A DNA stretch of 64,000 nt, from NCBI GenBank assembly GCA_030704615.1, contig CM060732.1, positions 28,892,001-28,956,000 of the forward strand, written 5' to 3'. The DNA is from Takakia lepidozioides (lineage: Eukaryota; Plantae; Bryophyta). The translations under genes were made by a program, and so were the position numbers. Below the pieces are notes generated by a model. That model was given only the letters and a program-made list of their open reading frames with translations, was not told the DNA's origin and did not search any database. Below are positions 32,774 through 43,136 of this stretch, in pieces; within the stretch, counting starts at the first letter, position 1, and each line of letters opens with the position of its first letter.

Positions 32774-34365
32774 AAATGGAGCGACCGCCAAGGTGACGGT
32801 CGCTTCTACGAGGTTTGCACTCCGCGTGGAGCGAGGAATGAAGGGGGAGGGGTGGGCATATAAGCTCCCAGTCATTATTTTGGAAATGAAGTGACCGCCG
32901 TTACTGGCAGTCGCTTTTTTATTTTTTGGGAGCAAAATGGAGCGACCGCCATTAGCGGCGGTCGCCGTTATTGTTGTTTTTTGTAATGGCGGTCGTGGCG
33001 GTCGCTTTTATTGAAATTTGGTTAGAAATGGAGCGACCGCCGCTTATATTTTAATTGTTTTGAAAATGAAAATTGAGCGACTGCCAAGGTGGCGGTCACT
33101 TCTACGAAGTGTGACCTGCGCATGGAGCGAGGAGTGAGGCGGGGGGGAGGGGGGCATATAAGCTCCGGGACATTCTCCCCTCACTTCGCTTGAAGTTTTT
33201 TATTTTTATTTTAAAATGCAGCGACCGCCATTACTGGCGGTCGTTTTTTTTTTTTTTTTTGGGCGAAATGGAGCGACCGCCATTTGTGGCGGTCGTTTTT
33301 TTTTGTTTTTAAATGGAGCGACCGCCATGGTGGCGGTCGCTTCTACGAGGTCTGCCCTGCGCGTGGAGCGAGGATTGAGGGGGGGGGGGGGCATATAAGC
33401 CCCCAGTCATTCTCCCCTCACTTCCATTATTGGCAGTTTTTGTTTCTACAAAATACAGCGACCGCCATTTCTGGCAGTCGCTTTTATTTTAATTATTTTG
33501 GAAATGAAGCGACCGCCTATGTTGGCGGTCGCTTATTTTTTTTAAATGTTTTCAAAATGAAGCGACCGCCTATGCTGGCGGTCGCTTATTTTTTTTAAAT
33601 GTTTTGAAAATGAAACGACCGCCTATGCTGGCGGTCGTTTTTATTTTTATTTTATTATTAATTTAAATGAAGCGACCGCCTATGTTGGCGGTCGCTTATT
33701 TATTTTAAATGTTTTTGAAAATGAAGCGACCGCCTTTGCTGGCGGTTGCTTATTGTTTTTAAATTTTTTTTAAATGAAGCGACCGCCTATGTTTGCAGTC
33801 GCTTTTTTTGTTTTAAAGTTTTTGAAAATGAAGCGACCGCCTATGTTGGCGGTCGCTTATTGTTTTTCAATGTTTTGAAAATGAAGCGACCGCCTATGCT
33901 GGCAATCGCTTATTTATTTTATTTATTTTTTAAATGAAGCGACCGCCTATGTTGGCGGTCGCTTATTTTTTTTTAAGTTTTTGAAAATGAAGCGACCGCC
34001 TCTGTTGGCAGTCGTTTATTTATCTTAAATGTTTTGAAAATGAAGCGACCGCCTATGCTGGCGGTCGCTTATTTTTTTTAATTTTTTTAAAATGAAGCGA
34101 CCGCCTATGTTGGCGGTCGCTTATTTATTTTAAATGTTTTGAAAATGAAGCGACCGCCTATGCTGGCGGTCGATTATTATTTTTATTTATTTATAAATGA
34201 AGCGACCGCCTATGTCGGCGGCCGCTTATTTTTTTTAAAGTTTTTGAAAATGAAGCGACCGCCTATGTTGGCGGTCGCTTATTTATTTTAAATGTTTTGA
34301 AAATGAATCGACCGCCTATGCTGGCGGTCGCTTATTTTTTTTATTTCCGGAAGTTGGCGGTCGCT
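32774..34365. repeat. Large array (over 20 units) of AAATGAAGCGACCGCC-N5-GGCGGTCGC hairpins with AT-rich spacers
   Basis: Directly visible, period about 55-65 bp. Confidence 0.95.
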
Positions 34366-34735
34366 TCTAGAATATTCGTCCTGCACGTGGCCCGAGAAAT
34401 GAGGGCGGGGGGGATATAAGCCATGGGAGGCTTATTCTCCCCTCACTTCCTCTCCACACAACTTCTGTGTGCGTGACATTTCATTATTCCACGACAGGTA
34501 GTCACGAGGAGAAGGAGGCCATTGGTTAGGTGGGGGGTATTTTTTGCCGCGATTTCTGTGAGGTCGTTGCAAAATGTTCCCATAGGCCCTCCTCTGGCTT
34601 TCAGGATCATTTTATTCTACAAAATTAGCTTTTGGGAACTATTTTGACATCTACTCAAATCTACTTGACGGGGGAAGGGTTTAGAGTTACGTCTTTTTAG
34701 AAAACCTTGTTTAGTATTGCTCCGATTGTTGTAGA

Positions 34736-35488
34736 ATGATAGAGGGCCAGGACGATGACCGTCATGGAAGAGATGACCCCAATGAACATGGACCGCCCCC
34801 TAAGAAAATCAAAGGGTCAAGGCAAGACTTGAATTGGGAAGTATTTGGTGACCCTAACATACTAGCAGAAGAGGGTTGGGAGGATGTTCCGGAAGAGTTC
34901 CGGTGGCCGATGGCGAGATGCAAAAAATTCGTGAAATGGTACCACATCAATCGATTGTGGCCTTTGGATAGGCATGACGTGCAAACCCGAAACAATTACG
35001 CAGAGTCCAAGTCTTGCACGAACTTGCATTTCCAGCATAGGGCGAATGAGGTGCATTGCACATTGTGGGGTCAACCTCTCTTAAAAGGTCAAATCTCGTA
35101 CACCTTGGCAGCCATGTTATACGTGGAGGTCATACTCTTGCGTCCAATGAATTGGCAAACTGCTAGTAGGAGGAACGCAAGGTGGCTATACGATTTGGAA
35201 TACATCCCGGACACGTTTGGAATACAACCGGCTGCAACGTTAGAGGAACAACTGGCGGAAAGAGACCAGCGAATCAGGACCCTGCAGGACCAACTAGACT
35301 GGCAAACACTGCGCATAGCCGAGTTGGAAGCTAGATTGCAAGACATGCCTCCAAACAATGAAGGCACTGTTGTCCACAATGAGGATCGACATCGATCGAA
35401 CATAGAATCCACATCTGCCCAATTGGTATACCCGGCGAACACGCTTGATACGATGCAGAGATCGTTATACCTTTGCATGTTGGCATAA
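34736..35488 (+). CDS. Hypothetical 250-aa protein, probably transposon-encoded, with an NLS-like PPPKKIK and a C-terminal coiled coil
   Basis: ATG-initiated open ORF downstream of a TATA-like GATATAAG (~34415); no family recognised. Confidence 0.5.
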   Translation: MIEGQDDDRHGRDDPNEHGPPPKKIKGSRQDLNWEVFGDPNILAEEGWEDVPEEFRWPMARCKKFVKWYHINRLWPLDRHDVQTRNNYAESKSCTNLHFQHRANEVHCTLWGQPLLKGQISYTLAAMLYVEVILLRPMNWQTASRRNARWLYDLEYIPDTFGIQPAATLEEQLAERDQRIRTLQDQLDWQTLRIAELEARLQDMPPNNEGTVVHNEDRHRSNIESTSAQLVYPANTLDTMQRSLYLCMLA

Positions 35489-35976
35489 ATGCTATCCACG
35501 CTACGGTTCAACATGCGTGCGACACGTTGCAAGCCTGATTGTGCCCGCTCTACCCGTGCTTCTCTGGAGGCCAAATGGGTCGCCCATTGTACCCAATTCT
35601 CCCAATCGCCATTCAATGGGACCCATGCCTGAATCTCCAACGTTTTGGACAAACGCCATGCAGCTGCCATAACAATGTCCTGCTCCTTTGTAACGCGATC
35701 GACATCTAATATTGGGTTCATCTCCGATTGAATGGCGACCCTCGAGCATTCCCCGGTTTCCAGTACTGGTTCTTTTCTTTTCCTCTTTCTCTCATCTGCA
35801 ATTCGTTGTTCCTCAACCATGGTTTCATCGGCCACAGGGTCAAGGACGTCCGTAACTTCCTGAATGATGAGGTCAATACTGCGATCAGGCATCGCAAACT
35901 CCGTGTCCATGTCGTTAACTTTTACAAGACGAACAACCAGTGGATAAATGAAGTCAATTGTTTGGTGATGATGCAC
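35089..35976 (-). CDS. Hypothetical protein (probably coding only over ~35485-35976), convergent with the previous ORF
   Basis: Protein-like EEQRIADERKRKRKEPVLETGECS...WENWVQWATHLASREARV; no family recognised. Confidence 0.35.
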   Translation of the reverse strand: MHHHQTIDFIYPLVVRLVKVNDMDTEFAMPDRSIDLIIQEVTDVLDPVADETMVEEQRIADERKRKRKEPVLETGECSRVAIQSEMNPILDVDRVTKEQDIVMAAAWRLSKTLEIQAWVPLNGDWENWVQWATHLASREARVERAQSGLQRVARMLNRSVDSIYANMQRYNDLCIVSSVFAGYTNWADVDSMFDRCRSSLWTTVPSLFGGMSCNLASNSAMRSVCQSSWSCRVLIRWSLSASCSSNVAAGCIPNVSGMYSKSYSHLAFLLLAVCQFIGRKSMTSTYNMAAKVYEI

Positions 35977-37467
35977 AATACACGTTCCTGTCTAGCGAGG
36001 GTGTGAAGAGTTCTTCTCATATGGTTTCCTAGTGTGAATCTGCATTAAAGGTTTGTATTTGAAACTTGGGTTTTTAAGTCTACATTACAGACATGGAGCA
36101 GTGAGGATGATGACTTGTTTCTTCACTACATCTCAGTTTATGGCTGCATACTGATTGACTGTAGTGGTGTTGTAGCCTACCAAGAGGATAGCATAATTCA
36201 AGCTTGGGAGCAGACCGAGTCTTCTCCCATGTGGAGAGGGAGCTTGTTTTTGACATTGTGAATTTCTGGCCCTGATCTAAAAGTTCTATGTGCATGTGAC
36301 ACAAATATATCAACAAAAAAAGCATATGAGAAGACTGAAATTGTTGCCCATGAGAGAGAATGTACTCATTAGACGTTGTTTGCCTTTGCCCATGAGAGAG
36401 AGAAAGCCCATGGGACAAAATAGGATAGAAAAAATTAAAGCACAAATTCAGGACATCGGCTTTGTGATGCAACGCCAATCAGGGGGCTGCCCCTGCCCTT
36501 TCAAGGAAATAAAGCAGAAGAATGAAGCTGCGTGTCTGAGAGGGCATGTTGTCTTAAAGCTGTGCTGAAGGGGTTGTAGTTCTGGCAAGACATGACTGAC
36601 TATAATGACATTCGTCATTGTTGCAGCGGGGCAGATGTATGTCTGCAATGTTGGCCTCTCATGACAATTGCCATCAAAGTTATGGATATTGCTCTCAAAG
36701 GTCTAATCTTTTTTCCCCTCTTAGTTTGCTTCGTCAAGATCCCACAAGGTCTTATAATAGATTGTGCTTTGGCTCATTGGATGTCACTCTTTCATTGAAT
36801 GTACATGTATGCAGGTACATGCTATTCGCATGTTATCGTAGCTGATGATGTTATGCAATCAATACTTTTCGACGAAGAACTGTCATTTTCCCCATACACA
36901 TAGTTTTTTGGAGGTTCTGATAAGGGATGATTCTGGTTGAGATTGTAATTGTGGCTGAGGCATGCATGTGATTAAAAGTTTCAGAGTGCCCTTGTGTCTT
37001 GAAGCTACAACTAAGCTTCTCATGGCTGCACACATGAGGAATGGCTTCAATATGCTTTTGTTCATTTGTTCTTGCAGAGGACTTTGGATTTGAGCACATA
37101 CTATGGGTTTATAGGGGTCGACGTGGTGTCCATTGTTGGGTTTGTGATCCAAGAGCAGACAGGTGTCTACTCAACTTCTTTTAGTCACGTTGTCTTGGCT
37201 GTCATTTGTGGTCAGGGCTGCACATGATGCATAGCTATGTGAAAGAATTTCTCATAGACTTGTTGGTGAGCAGGGTCCTTGTAGTACACACCTACTCTCC
37301 CCTTAATGGGTTATCTCTGTGACTTGAAATGCTGGGCTGTCGGTGGGGAGCTTGCTTTGGGTGGACCCCACCCCATTCTCTGAACAGGTCTAGAAACTGT
37401 GGTCATATCAACAATTGTAGTATAGATTTCAAATTTGCGAAGAAAACTTCACGGGAGGGAACCATGA

Positions 37468-37505
37468 TTTAGGGTTTAGGGTTTAGGGTTAAACCCTATA
37501 CCCTA
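37468..37505. repeat. Head-to-head telomeric repeats (TTTAGGG)3-TT-AAACCCTA-TACCCTA
   Basis: Directly visible, immediately upstream of a PLE pseudo-LTR. Confidence 0.85.
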
Positions 37506-37688
37506 TTTGAGACAACCCCTTACAACAGTATATAAGCTGGGGGTGAGGCTCTGTGTACCTCATTCCATTTCTCGACCACTAATGAGCTCACTTGTTGAGC
37601 GAAGCTGGTTTGGGACTTTATATAGAGATTGGCAACTATTCTGCATCTAAGGGTTCTTGTCTCAATGTTTCATCTATGCTGTTGAGCC
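37506..37688 (+). mobile_element. PLE pseudo-LTR fragment related to family B (TATA at 37529-37535, degenerate hammerhead at ~37574-37615)
   Basis: CAGTATATAAGC...CCACTAATGAGCTCA-CTTGT-TGAGCGAAGCTGGTTTGGG...TATAGAGATT...GTTCTTGTCTC aligns with 5411-5545; the ribozyme core is mutated (CTAATGA, GAAG). Confidence 0.75.
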
Positions 37689-38982
37689 TTGTATCCCAAC
37701 ATCATCACCGAGCTCGGCTTGTATGAGCTCGAATGTGCTATTGGAGGTAATTTCACCAAACACAAAAAAGACCTGATCATGACCCTCGTTGGATTAGTCT
37801 TGAAACACCATTACCTTGAGTTCAGTGGTAGTTTTTGGCATCAAATTCGCGAGACGACGATGGGGAGCAACTTTGCAGTTGTTTATGCTTGTTTGTTCCT
37901 TTGTCGGTTGGAGATGTACATGGAGTACGTGTGCCCATCGGAGCAAGAGCTGTTTTATCTTAAGTGCTATATCGACGACGGCTTTGGCATCTGGTAGGCT
38001 CCGAAAAGAGCCTCCGGTCTTGGTTACGGAACTACGGTTCCATGTTTGATGGCATCAAAATCACGACCGCCATAAGCCCGACGTCCACCGACATCTTGGA
38101 TATCACCTTCTTCAAAGGAGACAACTTCATCCAAACTCGACGGCTCTCTACTAGATGTCATCAAAAGGCCCAGAACAAGTATCAATACTTGCCTTGGTCC
38201 TTGTGGCATCCACATCACCAAAAGAAAACTTTCCTCATCGACGAGCTCCAACGGTACGTAATACGAGAAAGCACCATCCAAGGGTTCAACCATTTGCGAC
38301 TTTTGTTTTACAAACGTCTTCAAGCCCGAGGTTATGCGGCGGCGTTCATCCGGAGTTGCTTCACCAAGATCTCCTACGACCTCAGATCTGCTCTACTCGA
38401 CCAACAGACGCAAGGCGCAGTTGAGGGTAAACGGGCCCCCTTGTTCTTAAGCTCGACTACTCTTTGTGCACTCGAGCTTTAAACTTGGGGGCCACCCTGA
38501 ACCCTAGACTCTACAAGTTGCTTCAGCAAGTCCCGGAGCTTCGGTTTCTTCCTCGAGCTACGATTTGTTGGAGGAATCCGCGAAAGCTTAGTTGAGTCCT
38601 AGTTAAATCTAGAATGATAGGATGATTTTGTAGTGCAAATGTCCTAGCATTATTAATTTTTGCCTCTTTTATAGCCCTAGTATTGATATTAAAGTCAAAG
38701 GGTTCCAACGATTAATTTGGACCATTGACTAATTAATGCAGTCTTGACTTGGAGGCTAAATTAGTGCTTTAGTGTCATTATTATTGCCTTGGGAATTATC
38801 CCATATCGTTTGCACGTAGTGAGGGTGCTTTTCTAGTATATAAGGATAGGTTTGGCTCTTAGGACTTCATCTCTTGGTGTTCCACTGATGAGCTTGAGCA
38901 ATCAAGCAAAACTTGTTCTAAATAAAACACCTTAACTCTTTTTGTGTCTCCACACTTAGAGAAGTCGAGAGTCTAGTCCTTG
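37689..38982 (+). mobile_element. PLE family A, copy 2: RT pseudogene 37689-38624, TATA at 38837, mutated hammerhead at ~38874-38932
   Basis: Near-identical to ~1955-3250; frameshifts near 37995 and 38440; hammerhead GAAA changed to AAAA. Confidence 0.92.
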
Positions 38983-38986
38983 GCGG

Positions 38987-39775
38987 TGTCATGGTTTTAG
39001 TCATGGTTAACTAGAATTACCTAATTCTAGTTAACTAGGACATTTTGGATATTTATATTTGTACTTTTTGTGTTGGAACTTCATTTGGTCTCATATGCCA
39101 AGTGAGGTGTCAAGCCTCACTTGGGACATGGGAAAGGGGTTTCCCCCTTGTGAGTGTTGAGGAGGGCTAATCTTCTTGTAGTTGAGCCTCCACGAGCTTC
39201 TCTCACCTCTATAGCTCTAGGTATTGAGAGGGAGTGTGTTGAGGGCTTTGTAGGGTGGATTCCCTTAGCAAGGGTGCCCTTGGATTGACTTAGTTTATGT
39301 GATAGAGTGGATTTCACTTGGAAGGACTAGGGCTTGTTCCTAGTGTGATTGCTTCATGATTTGAGAGTTTTCATTGTCTTCCACTTCTCTCATTTCTCAT
39401 TTTCTTATCACTACAAGAAGATCATCTTATGCTTGTGAGTGCGGAGTGTAAGGATTAGTTTTGCACTTGTATGTTAAAGAGGTGGAGAGCTAGGAGAATT
39501 TAGCTTTTGTATTACAAGGCTTGCAAGGGGTTGCAAGGAAAAGTGCTCGAGTGTTGCATGCACCAAGGAGTTGGAGAGCTTGAGAAGAAAACTCTTGAGT
39601 CACAAGATTTTGCAAAGATTGCAAGGAGGAAGTCGTGTGTGTAGAAGCATGGATTCTAGGGTTTGAGAATCCTCTGTATGCATTATGGAATCAATGGTGT
39701 GTGCCATGGCTTGTGGAGAGTGACTAAAGGCTTGTTAGTGCTCATTTCACTATCAAGCTAGGGTTAAGCAAGTTC
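38987..39775. mobile_element. LTR-like sequence starting TGTCATGG that truncates PLE-A copy 2 (end not determined)
   Basis: TG start a few bases after PLE homology ends; LTR-like composition; no matching partner or TSD found. Confidence 0.3.
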
Positions 39776-41149
39776 AAAGTGTGGATGTTGTGGAAAAGAA
39801 GCTTACATTGGCATCTGTCATTTGGGCACCCCTGGCCTCTTCAGCTGCCTTTTGTCTTTCCTCCTGGCTAGCATTCTGTCTCGTCTGTTCTTCTGCCCTC
39901 TCTTTTGCCCTCTCACGGGCTTTCTGTTTCTTACTAGGGCTAGCAGCAGGGGAGCCCTCTAGGACGACCACCTTTGATTGAGGCGAACTGACACCCTCGC
40001 GCGCACTGCTCACTCCCCCCTCCGCAGCCTGTGACTGCTCTCTCGCCGGGGATTGCATGTGCTTAGCTTTCTTCTTTTTCTTTGCGTGGGCGGGCCCTAC
40101 TGCATGTGCTGCAGCGCTCCGAATTACCTGCAGGATGGAAATCCGGCGCCGGAATTCCATCGTGCAGCGCTCCGAATTACCTCTTCGTTGGAAATTCCGG
40201 GACTGTTTACGTCGATTTTCATCCGACATGGAGGGCTTCATCCGACATTTAATTGCGCAGTTGGGCAATAAATGTCGACGGCCGTCGGTTATTATTCGGG
40301 CTGTCGACGCATGGCTTCCTGGACACGTACCCTAAATCTTATGCTAAACTTGGCTTAACATGGTATTCCAGGCATGTACCCCAAAAAAGGAGATCTTTTT
40401 GGCTGGGACTTATGCCGCCTGAAGGGCGTGGCTCTCCTGAGAGAGACCTCACATCCAGACCGCGGCGGAAGTTGAAAGCTTTGTACTACGGACGACGGCC
40501 AATCTCTCGCATGGCCAAACTGAAGCTTCAGCAGGAGATTCCAGTGTCTTGCTCACAACCTGCGCCAACTGAAGCCGAGTACTCTCAGGCAAGCCACTTC
40601 TGCTTTCGGTTTGTTCGATTTATTTTTTGCTTTCGCTTTGTTTTTGCATCTTCATCCTGGCTTTGCTGTATGAGTGAACTTTAGATAGTTGAGTGAACCT
40701 TAGATTGTTTGCAATTCGTGTGCAAATCCGGCAGCTCTGGAGAAGGCTGCTTGTGCATGTCATTCTTAGGCAATGGTTGCATTTGTTTTCATTGTTGTTG
40801 CATGGCTCTCCATACTTCCTAAACTTGTTATGTTTTCATTTTTGTTACATGATTGTTGCTATGGTGGTTGCGCTGCTCGTTGCGATGCTGTTTTTTGCAC
40901 CGATGTTGGTTTTCACGATTTTTGTCAATGACAGAGTGACGACGAGCCCGGCACGCTGGTGGTATCATCGACAGCTCCAACTCATCGCATGATTGAATCG
41001 CCCAACTTGGGGCTAGAGGGCAAACTTAAACCTTTTGTTGGTGGACGGGAGGACTTGCAACGAGATTACGACAGAGTAGGCATTGGGGAGGTTGGTGCAG
41101 GCGGCATGACAGGTGAAGGGCGTGAGGACATGAGGACAGCAGATCCGGC

Positions 41150-41600
41150 AATGGAGGTTGGATATCCGGCGCCGAATTTCCATCCGCGGAGGTAGAGCGG
41201 CGCTGGAAATTTCCCTCATGCAGGTAATTCGGAAGCGCGCGGATGGAAATCCGGCGCCGAATTTCCATCCGCGCAGGTAGGGCGGCGGTGGAAATTTCCC
41301 TCATGCAGGTAATTCGGAAGCGCGCGGATGGAAATCCGGCGCCGAATTTCCATCCGCGCAGGTAGGGCGGCGGTGGAAATTTCCCTCATGCAGGTAATTC
41401 GGAAGCGCGCGGATGGAAATCCGGCGCCGAATTTCCATCCGCGGAGGTAGGGCGGCGGTGGAAATTTCCCTCATGCAGGTAATTCGGAAGCGCGCGGATG
41501 GAAATCCGGCGCCGAATTTCCATCCGCGGAGGTAGGGCGGCGGTGGAAATTTCCCTCATGCAGGTAATTCGGAAGCGCGCGGATGGAGATTCGGCGCCGA
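41150..41600. repeat. ~73-bp tandem repeat (about 6 units) built on GGAAATCCGGCGCCGAATTTCC
   Basis: Near-perfect units visible. Confidence 0.95.
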
Positions 41601-41637
41601 ATTTCCCTCCTGCAGGTAATTCGAATCCCGGATGAAT

Positions 41638-42140
41638 GGAAATTCGGCGCCGAATTTCCATCCAGCAGGTAAGTCGAATCCCGCATAAATGGAAATTCGG
41701 CGCCGAATTTCCATCCTGCAGGTAATTCGAATCGGTGCCAAATGGATATTCGGCGCCGAATTTCCATTCGCCATGTATTTCTGAGCGTGGAATTACCTTC
41801 GTGCAGGTAATGCCCAGATGAGAATTACCTTCCTGCAGGTAATTCCAATCGATGTGAATTCCTCGTCCAGAATTACCTGCACGACGGTAATTCTCATCTG
41901 GAAATTACCTGCAAGAAGGTAATTCTCATCTGGGAATTACCTGCACAAAGGTAATTCTCATCTGGGCATTACCTGCACGAAGGTAATTCCACGCTCAGAA
42001 ATACATGGTGAATGGAAATTCGGCGCCGAATATCCATTTGGCACCAATTCGAATTACCTGCAGGATGGAAATTCGGCGCCGAATTTCCATTTATGCGGGA
42101 TTCGACTTACCTGCTGGATGGAAATTGGGCGCCGAATATC
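41638..42140. repeat. Long inverted repeat (arms ~41638-41846 and ~41933-42140) inside a palindrome array extending to ~42840
   Basis: Arms are near-perfect reverse complements (for example CATGTATTTCTGAGCGTGGAATTACC and GGTAATTCCACGCTCAGAAATACATG). Confidence 0.9.
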
Positions 42141-43136
42141 CATACGGCACCGATCCGACTTACCTGCTGGATGGAAATTCGGCGCCGAATATCCCTACGG
42201 CACCGATCCGACTTACCTGCTGGATGGAAATTCGGCGCCGAATCTCCATCCATCCGGGATTCCACTTACCTGCTGGATGGAAATTCGGCGCCGAATTTCC
42301 ATTCATCCGGTATTCGAATTACCTGCAGGATGCAAATTCGGCGCCGTTTTCCCATCTGTGGAAGTTTTTATGTCGGCCAGTTTTCGGTCTGACCCCCTGA
42401 CAAGACTTCCTTTGGGGGGGCCCGGATGGAAATTCGGCGCCGAATCTCCGTCCATGGGATGTTCTCTGTCGCACACTCGCCGGCCTCTGCGCCCGAGGCG
42501 ACTTCATCCGGGCGTCCCCTGTTCGATATTCGGTGCCGAATTTCCGTCCGGGGGTTGAAATGTGACGGCCAACTGCAGGCCACTCCCCCCTCCCCGACTG
42601 CATCCGAACCGCCCCGGATGGAAATTCGGCGCCGTTTTTCTATCTGGGGATGTTTTTATGCCGTCCAGTTTTCGGCCTGACCCCCCGACACGACTCCCTT
42701 TGGGGGGCCCGGATGGAAATTCGGCGCCGAATCTCCATCCAGGGGATATTCTCTGTCGCACACACTCCGGCCTCTACGCCCGAGGCGACTTCATCCGGGC
42801 TTCCTCTGTTGGATATTGGGTGCCGAATTTCCATTCGGGGGTAGTAATGTGAGGGCACGGTGCCGGCTTCTCCCCTTCAGCGTCATCATCCGGACGGCCC
42901 CCCACTTTCTGACTGCATACCGTTGGCAGTTATTGCGCAAAGACCAGGGGCCGCATTCCGGAGACAAGGTTCATTAACACTCTGACTGTGGATTTTTGAG
43001 ATAGTTGGCTCCCTGGATTTGGATCAGGCTTCGTCGCTCGGACAAATCGGCATCGCATTCATTCCCATCGCTGCACCCCCTTCTACCAGGGAGCTTCCCC
43101 GCACGCCATCCTGGCAGTCTTGTGTGCACATCTCCC

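Noticed and set aside
32774-34365. CRISPR-like appearance of the palindromic repeat and spacer arrays (also 10738-11062 and 41150-42840)
   Set aside because: Spacers are low-complexity A/T runs or copies of each other rather than unique sequences, there are no cas genes, and the context is plant transposon DNA.
39409-39419. CACTACAAGAA as another CACTA terminus
   Set aside because: No subterminal repeats, partner TIR or TSD were found; it does not match the TIR family at 15684 and 27993.
41013-42858. The many short MEIRRRIS-type ORFs, and ORF 53853-54245
   Set aside because: They are translations of tandem or palindromic repeats, not genes.
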